This document shows positions 8,595 to 18,389 of a stretch of 64,000 nucleotides of DNA, in pieces. The translations under genes and the position numbers were made by a program. How positions within the stretch are numbered: the stretch's first letter is position 1; each line of letters starts with the position of its first letter. Below the pieces are notes generated by a model that saw only the letters and a program-made list of their open reading frames with translations, ran no database searches and was not told where the DNA came from. This DNA is from Bacteroidales bacterium. GTDB taxonomy: Bacteria; Bacteroidota; Bacteroidia; Bacteroidales; VadinHA17. The DNA lies in NCBI GenBank assembly GCA_025454755.1, contig JALONV010000006.1, positions 1,161 through 65,160 of the forward strand. The letters run 5' to 3'.

Positions 8595-10181
8595 ATGTGT
8601 ATGATGACAAGAGTTATTCCCTGCCTATTTTTTTTCCTTTGTATGGTTCAGGTGACTGCTCAGCCAGGAATAAGTCCGGATCCTCTGGTGGATGTAAAGC
8701 ATTATGAATTCAATATTGAAATAAACGATACCTCCGATATTATTTATTGCAAAACAAAGATAGATGTGAGCTTTAATGGCTCCATAAACTCCTTGTATTT
8801 TAGTCTTGACACTGTCAATACTAATGGTAAGGGAATGAAGATCAGTTCATTATTATGCAATGGGAAGGAGACAGCATGGAGACATACAGGTAACCGTATC
8901 AGGATTGAACATTGTACAGTCTCTGAGGCAGATATTGAAATAGTCTATTCGGGAATCCCTTCCGACGGTCTGATAATTTCAAGGAACAAATTCGGGAACC
9001 GTACATTCTTTGCTGATCATTGGCCTGACAGGGCTTCGTCTTACCTGCCTGTAGTCGACCATCCGGCCGACAAGGCTACTGTCGATTTTCTGATAACGGC
9101 GCCGTCGCATTATGAGGTTGTAGCTAGCGGTTACCTGGTTGAAGAGAGCGATATTCAGGGCGGGTTAAAGCTCACACACTGGAGGGAAGATGTCCCTCTT
9201 CCCGTTAAAGTGATGACATTCGGGGCTGCAGATTTTGCTGTTCAGCTTGCCGGAGTAGTAAATAGCATTCCGGTATGGACCTGGGTCTACCCTGAAAACC
9301 GGAAAGAGGGATTCTATGATTATGGTGTTGCGATTAAGCCTCTTAAGTTCTATTCGGAACTCATCGGTCCTTATTCTTATGAGAAGCTTGCCAACGTACA
9401 GTCAAAGACCATTTTCGGAGGACTCGAAAATGCAGGATGTATCTTTTATTCGGAGAGATCGGTTACTGGCCAGGGACGGTCAGAAAACCTTATTGCCCAC
9501 GAAATAGCCCATCAATGGTTCGGTAATTCAGTTACTGAGGGCGACTGGCATCATATCTGGTTGAGCGAAGGATTTGCCACTTACCTGACTTCGGTATACA
9601 ATGAGATGACATATGGAAAGGAGAAGCTGGCAGAAAGAATGAATATATCGCGAACGATGGTTTTAAAGGCTTCGGAGAGAACTCCCGGACCGGTAATTGA
9701 CACAACAATAACAAACCTTATGCGACTCCTGAATACCAATTCGTACGAGAAAGGGGCGTGGGTACTGCATATGCTTCGTACAGAGATAGGAGAAGAGGAA
9801 TTCTGGACAGGAATGAGGCTGTTTTATGAAAGGTTCAGGAACAGCAATGCGCTTACGGATGATTTCAGAGTAGTTATGGAAGAGGTAAGCGGTAAAGATC
9901 TGAAACAGTTTTTTCATCAGTGGCTATATATACCAGGTCAACCTGAACTTAATATATCTCTTGGTGCCGGGAAGAAAAAAGGAACATCTGACCTGATTAT
10001 AGAACAAAGACAGGATTATCTTTTTTCATTCAGTATCGACATCCAGCTAAAGGAGAATGAACGAATCGTTGTAATACCAGTGAAAGTCAGTGAGAGAGTT
10101 ACCAGACTAACTGTTGATGCTGGTCCCGGTGCTGAATTGATCCCTGACCCTGGTGTCAAGCTTCTTTTCAGTTCCCGATAA
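8595..10181 (+). CDS. M1-family zinc aminopeptidase, secreted
   Basis: Gluzincin motif HEIAHQWFGN followed by WLSEGFATY. The N-terminal signal peptide is MCMMTRVIPCLFFFLCMVQVTAQ. The start was moved to the first ATG after the promoter box. Confidence 0.88.
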   Translation: MCMMTRVIPCLFFFLCMVQVTAQPGISPDPLVDVKHYEFNIEINDTSDIIYCKTKIDVSFNGSINSLYFSLDTVNTNGKGMKISSLLCNGKETAWRHTGNRIRIEHCTVSEADIEIVYSGIPSDGLIISRNKFGNRTFFADHWPDRASSYLPVVDHPADKATVDFLITAPSHYEVVASGYLVEESDIQGGLKLTHWREDVPLPVKVMTFGAADFAVQLAGVVNSIPVWTWVYPENRKEGFYDYGVAIKPLKFYSELIGPYSYEKLANVQSKTIFGGLENAGCIFYSERSVTGQGRSENLIAHEIAHQWFGNSVTEGDWHHIWLSEGFATYLTSVYNEMTYGKEKLAERMNISRTMVLKASERTPGPVIDTTITNLMRLLNTNSYEKGAWVLHMLRTEIGEEEFWTGMRLFYERFRNSNALTDDFRVVMEEVSGKDLKQFFHQWLYIPGQPELNISLGAGKKKGTSDLIIEQRQDYLFSFSIDIQLKENERIVVIPVKVSERVTRLTVDAGPGAELIPDPGVKLLFSSR

Positions 10182-11463
10182 CCTTGAAGAGAAGAGTGGC
10201 CAGAAACCCCCCAAGAGTTGCCAGACCAGTGACTGAACCTCCAATATGATATGCTTCCGGAAGCATTGTCTCAGCAATCATCGTAAGCATTGCTCCTGCA
10301 GCCATACCATCTACAAGAGCAAATGTTCCATGAGATACATTCTCAAAGAAAACATTGCCTGCAAAAGCACCGATACCTGTTATAAACATAATTGATGACC
10401 ACATTAACAGGATCTTGATATTGGACATTTTCTGCTTCTTCATTCCTACTGAGCTTGAAAGAGCTTCCGGAAAGTTGGAAAGGAAAAGTCCTGCAAGAAG
10501 TGACAGGCTCATGGTGGGATGAAGCAGCAAGCTTGAACCAATCACAATTGATTCTGGAATGCCATCAAGCATAATCCCCATCCATATTGCCAACGATGGG
10601 TTTCCGTGTTCTGCAACCTCTTCATCTACATCAGATTGTGTGGGGAGATTTTTTCTTCCTTCAAAATGTTCCAGTGCTTCAGAATACCATTCTTGAGCTT
10701 TTTTTTCCGGTAGTTCACCGGATAATTCAAGCAAATGGATCTTATTGTTAACCAGATCTCTAATCTCACCGGCTAATGCAGGATTGAATGATATTACACG
10801 GTCAAGTGATTCCTTATTAATGATCCAGACATGCATATCGTCCTTAACAATAACATTGTAGTTATGGGTAATCCCTGTCATAAGTTCAACGATACCATAT
10901 GTGTCATTTGTTTTGAGCAGGCCGGTAACAGAATTATTACGATCATCCATAACGATTGCTTCACCGCTTTCTATCACAAAGAAAAGGTCGCCTGGATCTC
11001 CTTCATGCACCATAATCTTTCCCTGTCTGTAATGAAACCTGTGCATGTAAGGCACTATCTGTTGCACCTGCGAAGGGCGTAAGCTATTGAAGAAACTAAC
11101 CTTGCTGAGCTGCTTAAAAAGGAGCTTCTGTCGGCTGTTCTGTTTAGTCATGATATGTGTTAGTGTGGTAGCTTTCTTCCTGAGAAAACCACCCCTGCTG
11201 TTTACAATTTTATTCAGCAGCACATAGAATATTCCTCCTGTGATCATACCGACAGCAAGTGGATAAAAGTGTCCTCTTCCGACAGATACTGCAACCAGGT
11301 CTATAGTTAGCGCAGCAAGCAGGGCTCCGGCTCCTATAGCCATCATCGATGCCAGTACCTTGGGTTTTGGTGTCCAGTTAAAAGCCAATATGGCTCCCAG
11401 GGGAAGTGCAACCGCACTTATAATACCAAACAGAAAGGCATCTAATTCAATGATACTGGTCAT
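10168..11463 (-). CDS. ZIP-family metal transporter with a cyclic-nucleotide-binding-like domain inserted in the central loop
   Basis: Three N-terminal TM helices precede a cNMP-binding-type beta-roll (FFNSLRPSQVQQIVPYMHRFHYRQGKIMVHEGDPGDLFFVIESGEAIV...). Five C-terminal TM helices follow, carrying ZIP-like motifs LDGIPESIVIG and LSNFPEALSS. Confidence 0.7.
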   Translation of the reverse strand: MTSIIELDAFLFGIISAVALPLGAILAFNWTPKPKVLASMMAIGAGALLAALTIDLVAVSVGRGHFYPLAVGMITGGIFYVLLNKIVNSRGGFLRKKATTLTHIMTKQNSRQKLLFKQLSKVSFFNSLRPSQVQQIVPYMHRFHYRQGKIMVHEGDPGDLFFVIESGEAIVMDDRNNSVTGLLKTNDTYGIVELMTGITHNYNVIVKDDMHVWIINKESLDRVISFNPALAGEIRDLVNNKIHLLELSGELPEKKAQEWYSEALEHFEGRKNLPTQSDVDEEVAEHGNPSLAIWMGIMLDGIPESIVIGSSLLLHPTMSLSLLAGLFLSNFPEALSSSVGMKKQKMSNIKILLMWSSIMFITGIGAFAGNVFFENVSHGTFALVDGMAAGAMLTMIAETMLPEAYHIGGSVTGLATLGGFLATLLFKVIGN

Positions 11464-11499
11464 AAGAGAGAATAATTTAAATGGAACAAAAATATATTT

Positions 11500-12210
11500 C
11501 TATAATCCAAGGAACTGAATAGCGAGACCTGAAAGCAGGATCATCGCTCCGGCAATTACATTGCTGTATTTTTCAACTGGTTTTAGATTAATCCTGCTCA
11601 GTCCCAGTTTGAATGCCAGGACAACAGACATCATTGTTGCAATTGTAACTATGGAAAAAAGCAACGATACCATTATTGCGCCCGGGATATTATTCTGGGC
11701 GGCAGGATACATAAGAATCGGGATCAGCGGTTCGCATGGACCAAAGACAAAAATAAGGAACAGTATCCAGGGTGTTGTCCTGACTATATCCCTTTCATGA
11801 ACATGTGTATGTTCATTTAAATGGTTATGTTCATGCAAATGCTGTTCTCCTCCAATGTGATAATGGGGATGAGTGTGTTTTTTCTTCCTTATGAGATTTC
11901 TTATGCTGATCACCAGATAAACAAGCCCGAATGCGATGAAAAGCCACGCAGCAATATTACCCCGGAATGATTCTATAGATACAAGCTTGTTAACAGATAT
12001 ACCCACCGCAATGCCTATCAGGCCGAGGACTACTGAACTTAAAACATGTCCTATACCGCACAGGAAAGTAATGAACATGGTTTTCCTGAGCGTCCATTTC
12101 TTAGCTTCGCTCAGAACAATAAAAGGAAGGTAATGATCAGGGCCAAGAATTGTATGAACGAATCCGATGGAAATGGCGGTTGCCGAAAGAAGTGCTATGG
12201 ATTCATTCAT
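11500..12210 (-). CDS. His-rich-loop metal cation permease (NicO/UreH-like)
   Basis: About 6 TM helices with paired motifs HTILGPDH and FGPCEP. The central loop is KKKHTHPHYHIGGEQHLHEHNHLNEHTHVHE. It lies 36 nt upstream of the ZIP gene. Confidence 0.6.
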   Translation of the reverse strand: MNESIALLSATAISIGFVHTILGPDHYLPFIVLSEAKKWTLRKTMFITFLCGIGHVLSSVVLGLIGIAVGISVNKLVSIESFRGNIAAWLFIAFGLVYLVISIRNLIRKKKHTHPHYHIGGEQHLHEHNHLNEHTHVHERDIVRTTPWILFLIFVFGPCEPLIPILMYPAAQNNIPGAIMVSLLFSIVTIATMMSVVLAFKLGLSRINLKPVEKYSNVIAGAMILLSGLAIQFLGL

Positions 12211-12349
12211 GCTGGTTTGTCCTTTAAGTAATTTTCAATATGCAATAATATCTAAAAAAAATCGAATTAATACACAATATATGGTCAATCCAATGAGAAA
12301 CTTTTTTCCACCATGTTGCTAAATATAAATAATTACTGGTATTAAAGCA

Positions 12350-12557
12350 GGGAGATTCCTCGATTACATACTGGGAAATAGGCAATATTATGTGGAAAGA
12401 GAGGAAGATTTCTCGCTTCGCTCGAAATGACATTCTAAGTAGATTTAAAAGGGGGGAGGGGATGGGTAAGGCTGTCAGCCTTACCCATCCCCTCCCCCCA
12501 TAACCAAAACAGAAACATGTCATTCCGAACGGAGCGCAGTGGAGTGAGGAATCTCCC
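12350..12557. repeat. Nested composite palindrome containing a perfect 21-bp GC-rich stem
   Basis: The outer arms are gggagattcctc (12350) and gaggaatctccc (12546). The inner inverted pair is agatttctcgcttcgctcgaaatgacat / atgtcattccgaacggagcgcagtggagtgaggaatct. The centre is ggggggaggggatgggtaagg-ctgtcag-ccttacccatcccctcccccc (12451-12499). Confidence 0.85.
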
Positions 12558-12568
12558 TATCCTGATTG

Positions 12569-13708
12569 TTATTCTTTTAACAACCAGCTATTCCCATTAT
12601 AGAGATATTCCCTGAAATTGATATTTTGCATATAAAGCATTGTACGTGAATCGTTTATGAATTTCTTCATTTGAGAATATTCTGCCTCTTTGGCAAAAAA
12701 CGAGGATCTGTTCTCAAATTCGGAACAGGGAAGTATATAGAATTTCTGCTGATATTTCAGTATCGGGGTATATACCCATGTAAGGTAATACCCGGCGCTG
12801 GCGATCTTTATAAGACCACCCTTTTTAATTAGTTCAATTCTGACCATAGATCCTCCGTCAGTCTTTGGCTTTCGCTGGTTTGAGATGAAATTGCCAAGTG
12901 AGTAAACCACTGCTTTATTCTGCAGCGGTGATCCGTCATTGTACCATATCATTTTTTGAATGACATGAGGATGTGAACCGATAACGAGATCAGCGCCATT
13001 TGATAAGAAATACTCTGCCATTGCAGTCTGATCTGGCGATGGCACAGTATCATATTCAGTTCCCCAGTGAAGGAGGAGAATTATCAGGTCCGGTTTTAAT
13101 ACTTTAGCTTTTTCAATATCAGCTGCAACAAGATTTTTATCAAGCATATTAACCACCAGGGGAACAGGAACACTTATACCATTGGTGCCATAGGTGTAAT
13201 TCAGAATGGCAACAGATATTCCTTTCCTTGTAAGGATCAAAGGCTGAAGTTTATCTTTTGAAGCCTGATCGGTAAATGTTCCGGTGTGGGGCATCCCAAC
13301 GCTGTCGAGCCTGAATAAAGTTCCTGAAATTCCGCTCTTTCCCCTGTCAGCAGAATGATTATTGGCTGTAACCAGGCAATCAATTCCTGCATTTTTGCAG
13401 GCAACAGCCAGTGCTGCCGGAGAGCTGAACTGAGGATATCCCTTGTATGGAGGTCCTGAAAGGGTGACCTCCAGGTTAGCTATTGCCAGATCGGCATCAG
13501 TGATAAGTGGCTTTATGTATGAGAAAACCTCATTATAATCATATGTATGCATTTTTATATCCTCTGCTGCCCAAATCTGCGAATCGTGACCCATAATATC
13601 GCCCATAAAAAGTAATGAGATCCTCTGTTCAGGAGTAGTCGAAACCTGTCCCAACAAGCTTATAGTCAAGAATATAATTAAAAAAGATATAAATTGTTTT
13701 TTAAACAT
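12569..13708 (-). CDS. CapA/PGA_cap-family metallophosphatase, secreted
   Basis: Motifs GDIMGHD, ANLEVTL, TANNHSAD, LLLHWGTEY and IGSHPHV. The signal peptide starts at the internal ATG 13708 (MFKKQFISFLIIFLTISLLGQ), which also removes the overlap with kup. Confidence 0.8.
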   Translation of the reverse strand: MFKKQFISFLIIFLTISLLGQVSTTPEQRISLLFMGDIMGHDSQIWAAEDIKMHTYDYNEVFSYIKPLITDADLAIANLEVTLSGPPYKGYPQFSSPAALAVACKNAGIDCLVTANNHSADRGKSGISGTLFRLDSVGMPHTGTFTDQASKDKLQPLILTRKGISVAILNYTYGTNGISVPVPLVVNMLDKNLVAADIEKAKVLKPDLIILLLHWGTEYDTVPSPDQTAMAEYFLSNGADLVIGSHPHVIQKMIWYNDGSPLQNKAVVYSLGNFISNQRKPKTDGGSMVRIELIKKGGLIKIASAGYYLTWVYTPILKYQQKFYILPCSEFENRSSFFAKEAEYSQMKKFINDSRTMLYMQNINFREYLYNGNSWLLKE

Positions 13709-13807
13709 GCATAAAGCTGATAATGCCGGGATTGCACACAAAGATAATTTATTTATAACTTTGTCACCTTTCTTAACAGGCAACATAAAAAAGGCTGCCG
13801 GGAAAAC

Positions 13808-15757
13808 ATGAAAATAACTGAACATCAATCCGACATTAAGAAATTTTCACTCGCTGGCGGTTTAGTCACCCTTGGGATTGTCTTTGGCGATCTGGGCACC
13901 AGTCCTCTCTATACCATGAAAGCCATCATTAACGGTGGCGCTGAAAATTTCAATGAGCTTCTCATTTACGGTGCATTATCGTGTGTCTTCTGGACTCTGA
14001 CCCTGTCGACTACGATTAAGTATATCCTGATAACCTTAAGGGCTGATAACAATGGTGAGGGAGGGATTTTTGCGCTTATGGCGCTATTGAAGAAGAAATC
14101 ATCGTGGGCTGCGATACTAACGATGGTAGGAGGTTCTGCGCTGCTGGCTGACGGAGTTATTACTCCTGCCATAACTTTAACTTCTTCGGTGGAGGGGTTG
14201 AAATATTTTAATCCTGAGATCTCCATCATACCAATAGTGCTGTTAATTCTTGGAATTCTCTTTTTCATACAGCAATTCGGGACCAAGTTTGTCGGCAGTA
14301 CATTCGGACCTATAATGATGGTCTGGTTTTTAGTGCTTGCAACTCTCGGATTGTTGCAGCTGATTTCTTATCCGGAGATACTGAAAGCAATTAGTCCGGT
14401 TTATGCTTACCGGTTTCTGGCTGATTATCCTGGTGGTTTTATCCTGCTTGGAGCAGTATTCCTTGCCATCACAGGCGCGGAAGTTCTTTATGCCAACCTT
14501 GGACAATGCGGTAAATCGAACATCAGAATTTCCTGGACATTTGCAAAGCTGGCACTTTTGCTGAATTATTTCGGACAGGGAGCATGGCTTATGACGAATA
14601 TGGACAAGGGAGCTTCAGTGAATCCTTTCTTTGAAATAATGCCGGGATGGTTCCTGATCCCTGGAATAATTCTGGCTGTTTCAGCTGCCGTAATTGCCAG
14701 CCAGGCTATAATCAGCGGTTCATTCATCCTTATAAGCGAAGCTGTTTCACTAAATTTCTGGCCAAAGGTCAGGGTCCTTCATCCTACCTGGGTCAGAGGT
14801 CAGGTTTACCTGCCATTTATAAATTGGTTTCTTCTCGTTGCCTGCAGCTTTACGGTTATATTTTTCAGAGAATCATCCAATATGACTGCCGCCTATGGTC
14901 TCGCGATAAATATTACCGAGATCATGACCACTCTTCTTCTTTCGTATTATTTATTACAGAAAGGAGTCAACCACAGGCTCGTATTGTTTTTCTTCATGCT
15001 CTATATAACCCTTGAAAGCAGCTTCCTGATAGCTAACCTGAATAAATTTGCCCATGGAGGATGGTTTACCATATTGCTTGCCTCTCTATATTTTCTGGTT
15101 ATGTTTGGATGGTACTACGGCCGTAAGATCAAGAACCGCTATATCACTTTTGCTGATCTTGATAAATACCTTGATATGTTCAGAGACCTCAGCAAGGACG
15201 TGTCGGTGCCAAAATTTGCAACCAATCTTGTTTATATAATCCGTGCAAACAGGCACGACCAGGTTGAATCAAAAGTGATTTATTCCATTTTCCACAAGCA
15301 GCCAAAGAGAGCAGATACCTACTGGCTGCTTCATGTCGACAGGTTACCGGAACCGAACAGTTTCAATTACCAGGTCACCCAGATAATCCCGGGCATTCTT
15401 GTAAGAATTGATTTTCACCTTGGCTTTAAGGTGGAGTCGAAGATCAACCTTTATTTCAAGGAGGTGCTCGAAGATCTTGAAAAGTCAAGCGAGATTAAGC
15501 TTGACAGCAGCTACGAGTCTCTTAAAAAATATAAGATCAGGGGCGATTTCAAATTCATCCTGATCGACAGGATAATGTCGCGGGATTTTAATCTGCCAAA
15601 CTGGGAAAATTTTGTATTATCACTTCATTCTCTGGTCAGGAGAATGAGCATCAGCGATATCAGGACGCTAAATCTCGATTCTACAAATACGATAGAAGAG
15701 CAGGTTCCGATTATTATCGATCAGCCGATCAGCGAAAGGATACAGCGTATCAGATAA
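13808..15757 (+). CDS. kup: KUP/HAK/KT potassium uptake protein
   Basis: 649-aa ORF with the GDLGTSPLYT signature, about 12 TM helices and a cytoplasmic C-terminal domain. Confidence 0.92.
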   Translation: MKITEHQSDIKKFSLAGGLVTLGIVFGDLGTSPLYTMKAIINGGAENFNELLIYGALSCVFWTLTLSTTIKYILITLRADNNGEGGIFALMALLKKKSSWAAILTMVGGSALLADGVITPAITLTSSVEGLKYFNPEISIIPIVLLILGILFFIQQFGTKFVGSTFGPIMMVWFLVLATLGLLQLISYPEILKAISPVYAYRFLADYPGGFILLGAVFLAITGAEVLYANLGQCGKSNIRISWTFAKLALLLNYFGQGAWLMTNMDKGASVNPFFEIMPGWFLIPGIILAVSAAVIASQAIISGSFILISEAVSLNFWPKVRVLHPTWVRGQVYLPFINWFLLVACSFTVIFFRESSNMTAAYGLAINITEIMTTLLLSYYLLQKGVNHRLVLFFFMLYITLESSFLIANLNKFAHGGWFTILLASLYFLVMFGWYYGRKIKNRYITFADLDKYLDMFRDLSKDVSVPKFATNLVYIIRANRHDQVESKVIYSIFHKQPKRADTYWLLHVDRLPEPNSFNYQVTQIIPGILVRIDFHLGFKVESKINLYFKEVLEDLEKSSEIKLDSSYESLKKYKIRGDFKFILIDRIMSRDFNLPNWENFVLSLHSLVRRMSISDIRTLNLDSTNTIEEQVPIIIDQPISERIQRIR

Positions 15758-15767
15758 ACACTCAAAC

Positions 15768-17222
15768 TCAGCCTTTAATAACGGGCTTCTTTCTCATAAT
15801 ATTAATAGCACACATGTAACCGGCGTATATTGCACCGGAGAAACCACCTCCCGTTTTACCCCAGGCTGATGCGACATGGAGGTTGTCAAATATTTTATTG
15901 GTATCCACCTGTTGTTTGAATGGCTTTTGTTCAAAACCATATACAGCTCCGGCAGGGTTGAGTGTGTAGCACTTTACTGTTTTGGGAGTGCCGACTTCGT
16001 AATAATCTGTTGCTCCGGTGATTCCGGGAATGATCTTCTCAAGCCTGCTGAGGAATATCTTTGCCACCTCCTCCTTTTTTGATTTATATTCTTCTGCATT
16101 AAGGTTTTCCCAGTCCGCTAAATAGTCTGTACAGCATACCGCTCCTGTACTCTTCCCTTCAGGTGCGAGTGCCGAATCTACCTGCCCGTAATCGATAAAA
16201 GTAAAGTTACGTTTTTTGTAATCTCCCCTGTTGTTTTCGAGGATATCCTTCTGGGTTTTTACCGATTCGTCATATATAAATAAGCAATAATGATGGTGTC
16301 CCAGATTTTTAAGGGAATTCTTAAAACCGAAATATACCGTAAGCAATGATGCTCCGGGCTGCTGGCTGCCGATCTCATTTTTCAGAATAGCACCCTCTTT
16401 ATCCGGAAGCAGTTCCACTAGTCCCGGCAACGATGAATTTACAATTATTTCATCTCCAAAGGCTTCCAGTGTTTCATTATCAGATACTATCTTTTTACTG
16501 TATTTTATTCCAAGCAGCTTGCCATCTTCTATGATAAGTCCGGTAGCCATGTGGTTAAGAACAACTTCTCCTCCATGTTCCTTAATATAGGCAGCCAGGT
16601 GATTGGATAGATGTTGCGAGCCCCCCTTGATAAAGCTTGCTCCATTATTAAGATATCTTACCTGTGCAGCAGAATAATAGCCGAGTGATATTGAATAGGG
16701 ATCGTCGTGGAAATATCCAAGATTGCCAAGAAGGACCAGTTTAAGCTCTTCATTTTTGATTATTGAATCAAGGAATTCTCCGAGGCTTCTGTCTTTGGGA
16801 GCATCAGGCTCTATGATTCTTTTCTTGGGGAATAGCAGATAAGAATAAAAAGCATCTATTCCTTCTTTTTCCTGAGGATATGCTTCCTTGAGTATTTCTG
16901 ATGCTTTTTCGGGATTATGAGGGATCGTAATTTCTGTACGGCCGCTGATGAAATGATAGAATTCAGGGATCTCCAGGAAGGTTACATTTTTAAAAACATC
17001 CAGTTCGTTGAAGAGCTTTGTTTTTATGTCGGAAGGAGAGGGACCATCCATTTCATGAAGTCCGACCTCCATAGTATAGTCGCCTCTTTTAAAGGTGGTT
17101 GCACATCCGCCAGGACGGTCGTGCTGTTCGATGAGAAGTACTTTTTTACCTTCCCTCGACAACTTGGCGCCGGCAGTCAGTCCTCCCAGACCTCCTCCAA
17201 TTATAATAATGTCATACTTCAT
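15768..17222 (-). CDS. FAD/NAD(P)-dependent oxidoreductase, phytoene-desaturase (CrtI)-like family
   Basis: The N-terminal Rossmann motif is YDIIIIGGGLGGLTAG...EQHDRPGG. The 484-aa length is typical of CrtI-like amine/carotenoid oxidoreductases. Confidence 0.75.
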   Translation of the reverse strand: MKYDIIIIGGGLGGLTAGAKLSREGKKVLLIEQHDRPGGCATTFKRGDYTMEVGLHEMDGPSPSDIKTKLFNELDVFKNVTFLEIPEFYHFISGRTEITIPHNPEKASEILKEAYPQEKEGIDAFYSYLLFPKKRIIEPDAPKDRSLGEFLDSIIKNEELKLVLLGNLGYFHDDPYSISLGYYSAAQVRYLNNGASFIKGGSQHLSNHLAAYIKEHGGEVVLNHMATGLIIEDGKLLGIKYSKKIVSDNETLEAFGDEIIVNSSLPGLVELLPDKEGAILKNEIGSQQPGASLLTVYFGFKNSLKNLGHHHYCLFIYDESVKTQKDILENNRGDYKKRNFTFIDYGQVDSALAPEGKSTGAVCCTDYLADWENLNAEEYKSKKEEVAKIFLSRLEKIIPGITGATDYYEVGTPKTVKCYTLNPAGAVYGFEQKPFKQQVDTNKIFDNLHVASAWGKTGGGFSGAIYAGYMCAINIMRKKPVIKG

Positions 17223-18381
17223 CAGGTATCGGGTATCGTATAAATTCCTTTGTGCGATCGAACAGGTACCTGTAGGTTATATAGTTCTTGACGGGTACAC
17301 AACCTACTGCAATAAATATCTTTCTCATCTTCGGATTGAAATCAGCGACCCATGAAAACTCGATTTCGGTATAATGTTTTTTATGGCTGAGCACTCCCTG
17401 AAGATAATAAATGAATGCCGATTCGATGCCATGGTTCTGATATTTGGGAATAACGCCCGTAAGAAGCGCTTTAATCCTGGTCATGGTGTTCCTTTTCTTC
17501 AGCCAGACGAATTTAAGCATGTCAATTATACCCATCTTGCCCTTAAGATGTTTCAGGATCATGTTCAGGTCGGGGAACATCAGATAGATGGCGATAGGTT
17601 TGCCTTCGAAATATGCAATCCATATGAATTCCTCATCTACAATGGGTTTGGCTTTTTTCAGTACTTCACGTATATATGCCGGCTCGAGCGGTTCGAAATG
17701 CTGCTTGAACGATGCCCATGCTTCATTGAATACTTCTGCAAAGTCTTTTGTAAATCGTTCCTCTTCCTTCCACGTAAAGTGATGAAATTCATACCCGGGT
17801 TTGTTCAGGACCCAGTTTGCGATTTTCGTAAGTCTTTCGGGAAGAGGCCTGGTGATATCGAGATGAAATCCTTCCATCTTGTAATAGACCTGGAAGCCGT
17901 ATGACTCAAAGAGCTCCTGGTAGTATGGATGGTTATATGGGACATCGAACGACGGATGAGTGAAGCCATTAACCAGCAGTCCCCAGTATTTATCTGTCTC
18001 CCCGAAGTTTATAGGTCCGTCCATCGCCTCCATACCCTCAGCCCTGAGCCATTCCCTTGCAGTGTCGAACAACAGGAATGCAGCCTCCCTGTCGTTGATG
18101 CACTCAAAGAAACCGACACCTCCGGTCGGCTGGTCATATGTTTTTGCGAGGCTGAAATCTATGAAAGCGGCAATTCTTCCAATCAGGTTGCCGGTATCGT
18201 CAGTCAGAACCCATCTTTCGACTTTCCCATGTTTAAAGTATGTGTTTTTGGAAGGATCGAAAATCCCCTTAATATCATTATCAAGAGGGCAGACCCAGGT
18301 TTTGTCATTTTTATAGATTGTCCGGGCGGTATCGAGAAACAGTTTCTCTGTCCTGAAATCGTCAACTATAGTAAGTTTCAT
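17212..18381 (-). CDS. Uncharacterised tandem-GNAT-like acyltransferase family protein
   Basis: 389-aa ORF. The segment GPINFGETDKYWGLLVNGFTHPSFDVPYNHPYYQELFESYGF resembles a widespread conserved-hypothetical family usually annotated as N-acetyltransferase. It overlaps the downstream gene by 11 nt. Confidence 0.5.
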   Translation of the reverse strand: MKLTIVDDFRTEKLFLDTARTIYKNDKTWVCPLDNDIKGIFDPSKNTYFKHGKVERWVLTDDTGNLIGRIAAFIDFSLAKTYDQPTGGVGFFECINDREAAFLLFDTAREWLRAEGMEAMDGPINFGETDKYWGLLVNGFTHPSFDVPYNHPYYQELFESYGFQVYYKMEGFHLDITRPLPERLTKIANWVLNKPGYEFHHFTWKEEERFTKDFAEVFNEAWASFKQHFEPLEPAYIREVLKKAKPIVDEEFIWIAYFEGKPIAIYLMFPDLNMILKHLKGKMGIIDMLKFVWLKKRNTMTRIKALLTGVIPKYQNHGIESAFIYYLQGVLSHKKHYTEIEFSWVADFNPKMRKIFIAVGCVPVKNYITYRYLFDRTKEFIRYPIPDEV

Positions 18382-18389
18382 TATTTCAG

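Noticed and set aside
12224-12523. 99-aa ORF in the capA / metal-permease intergenic region
   Set aside because: It is composed almost entirely of the nested palindromic repeats (SFRAKREI-type translation). It has no coding-like composition or plausible start context.
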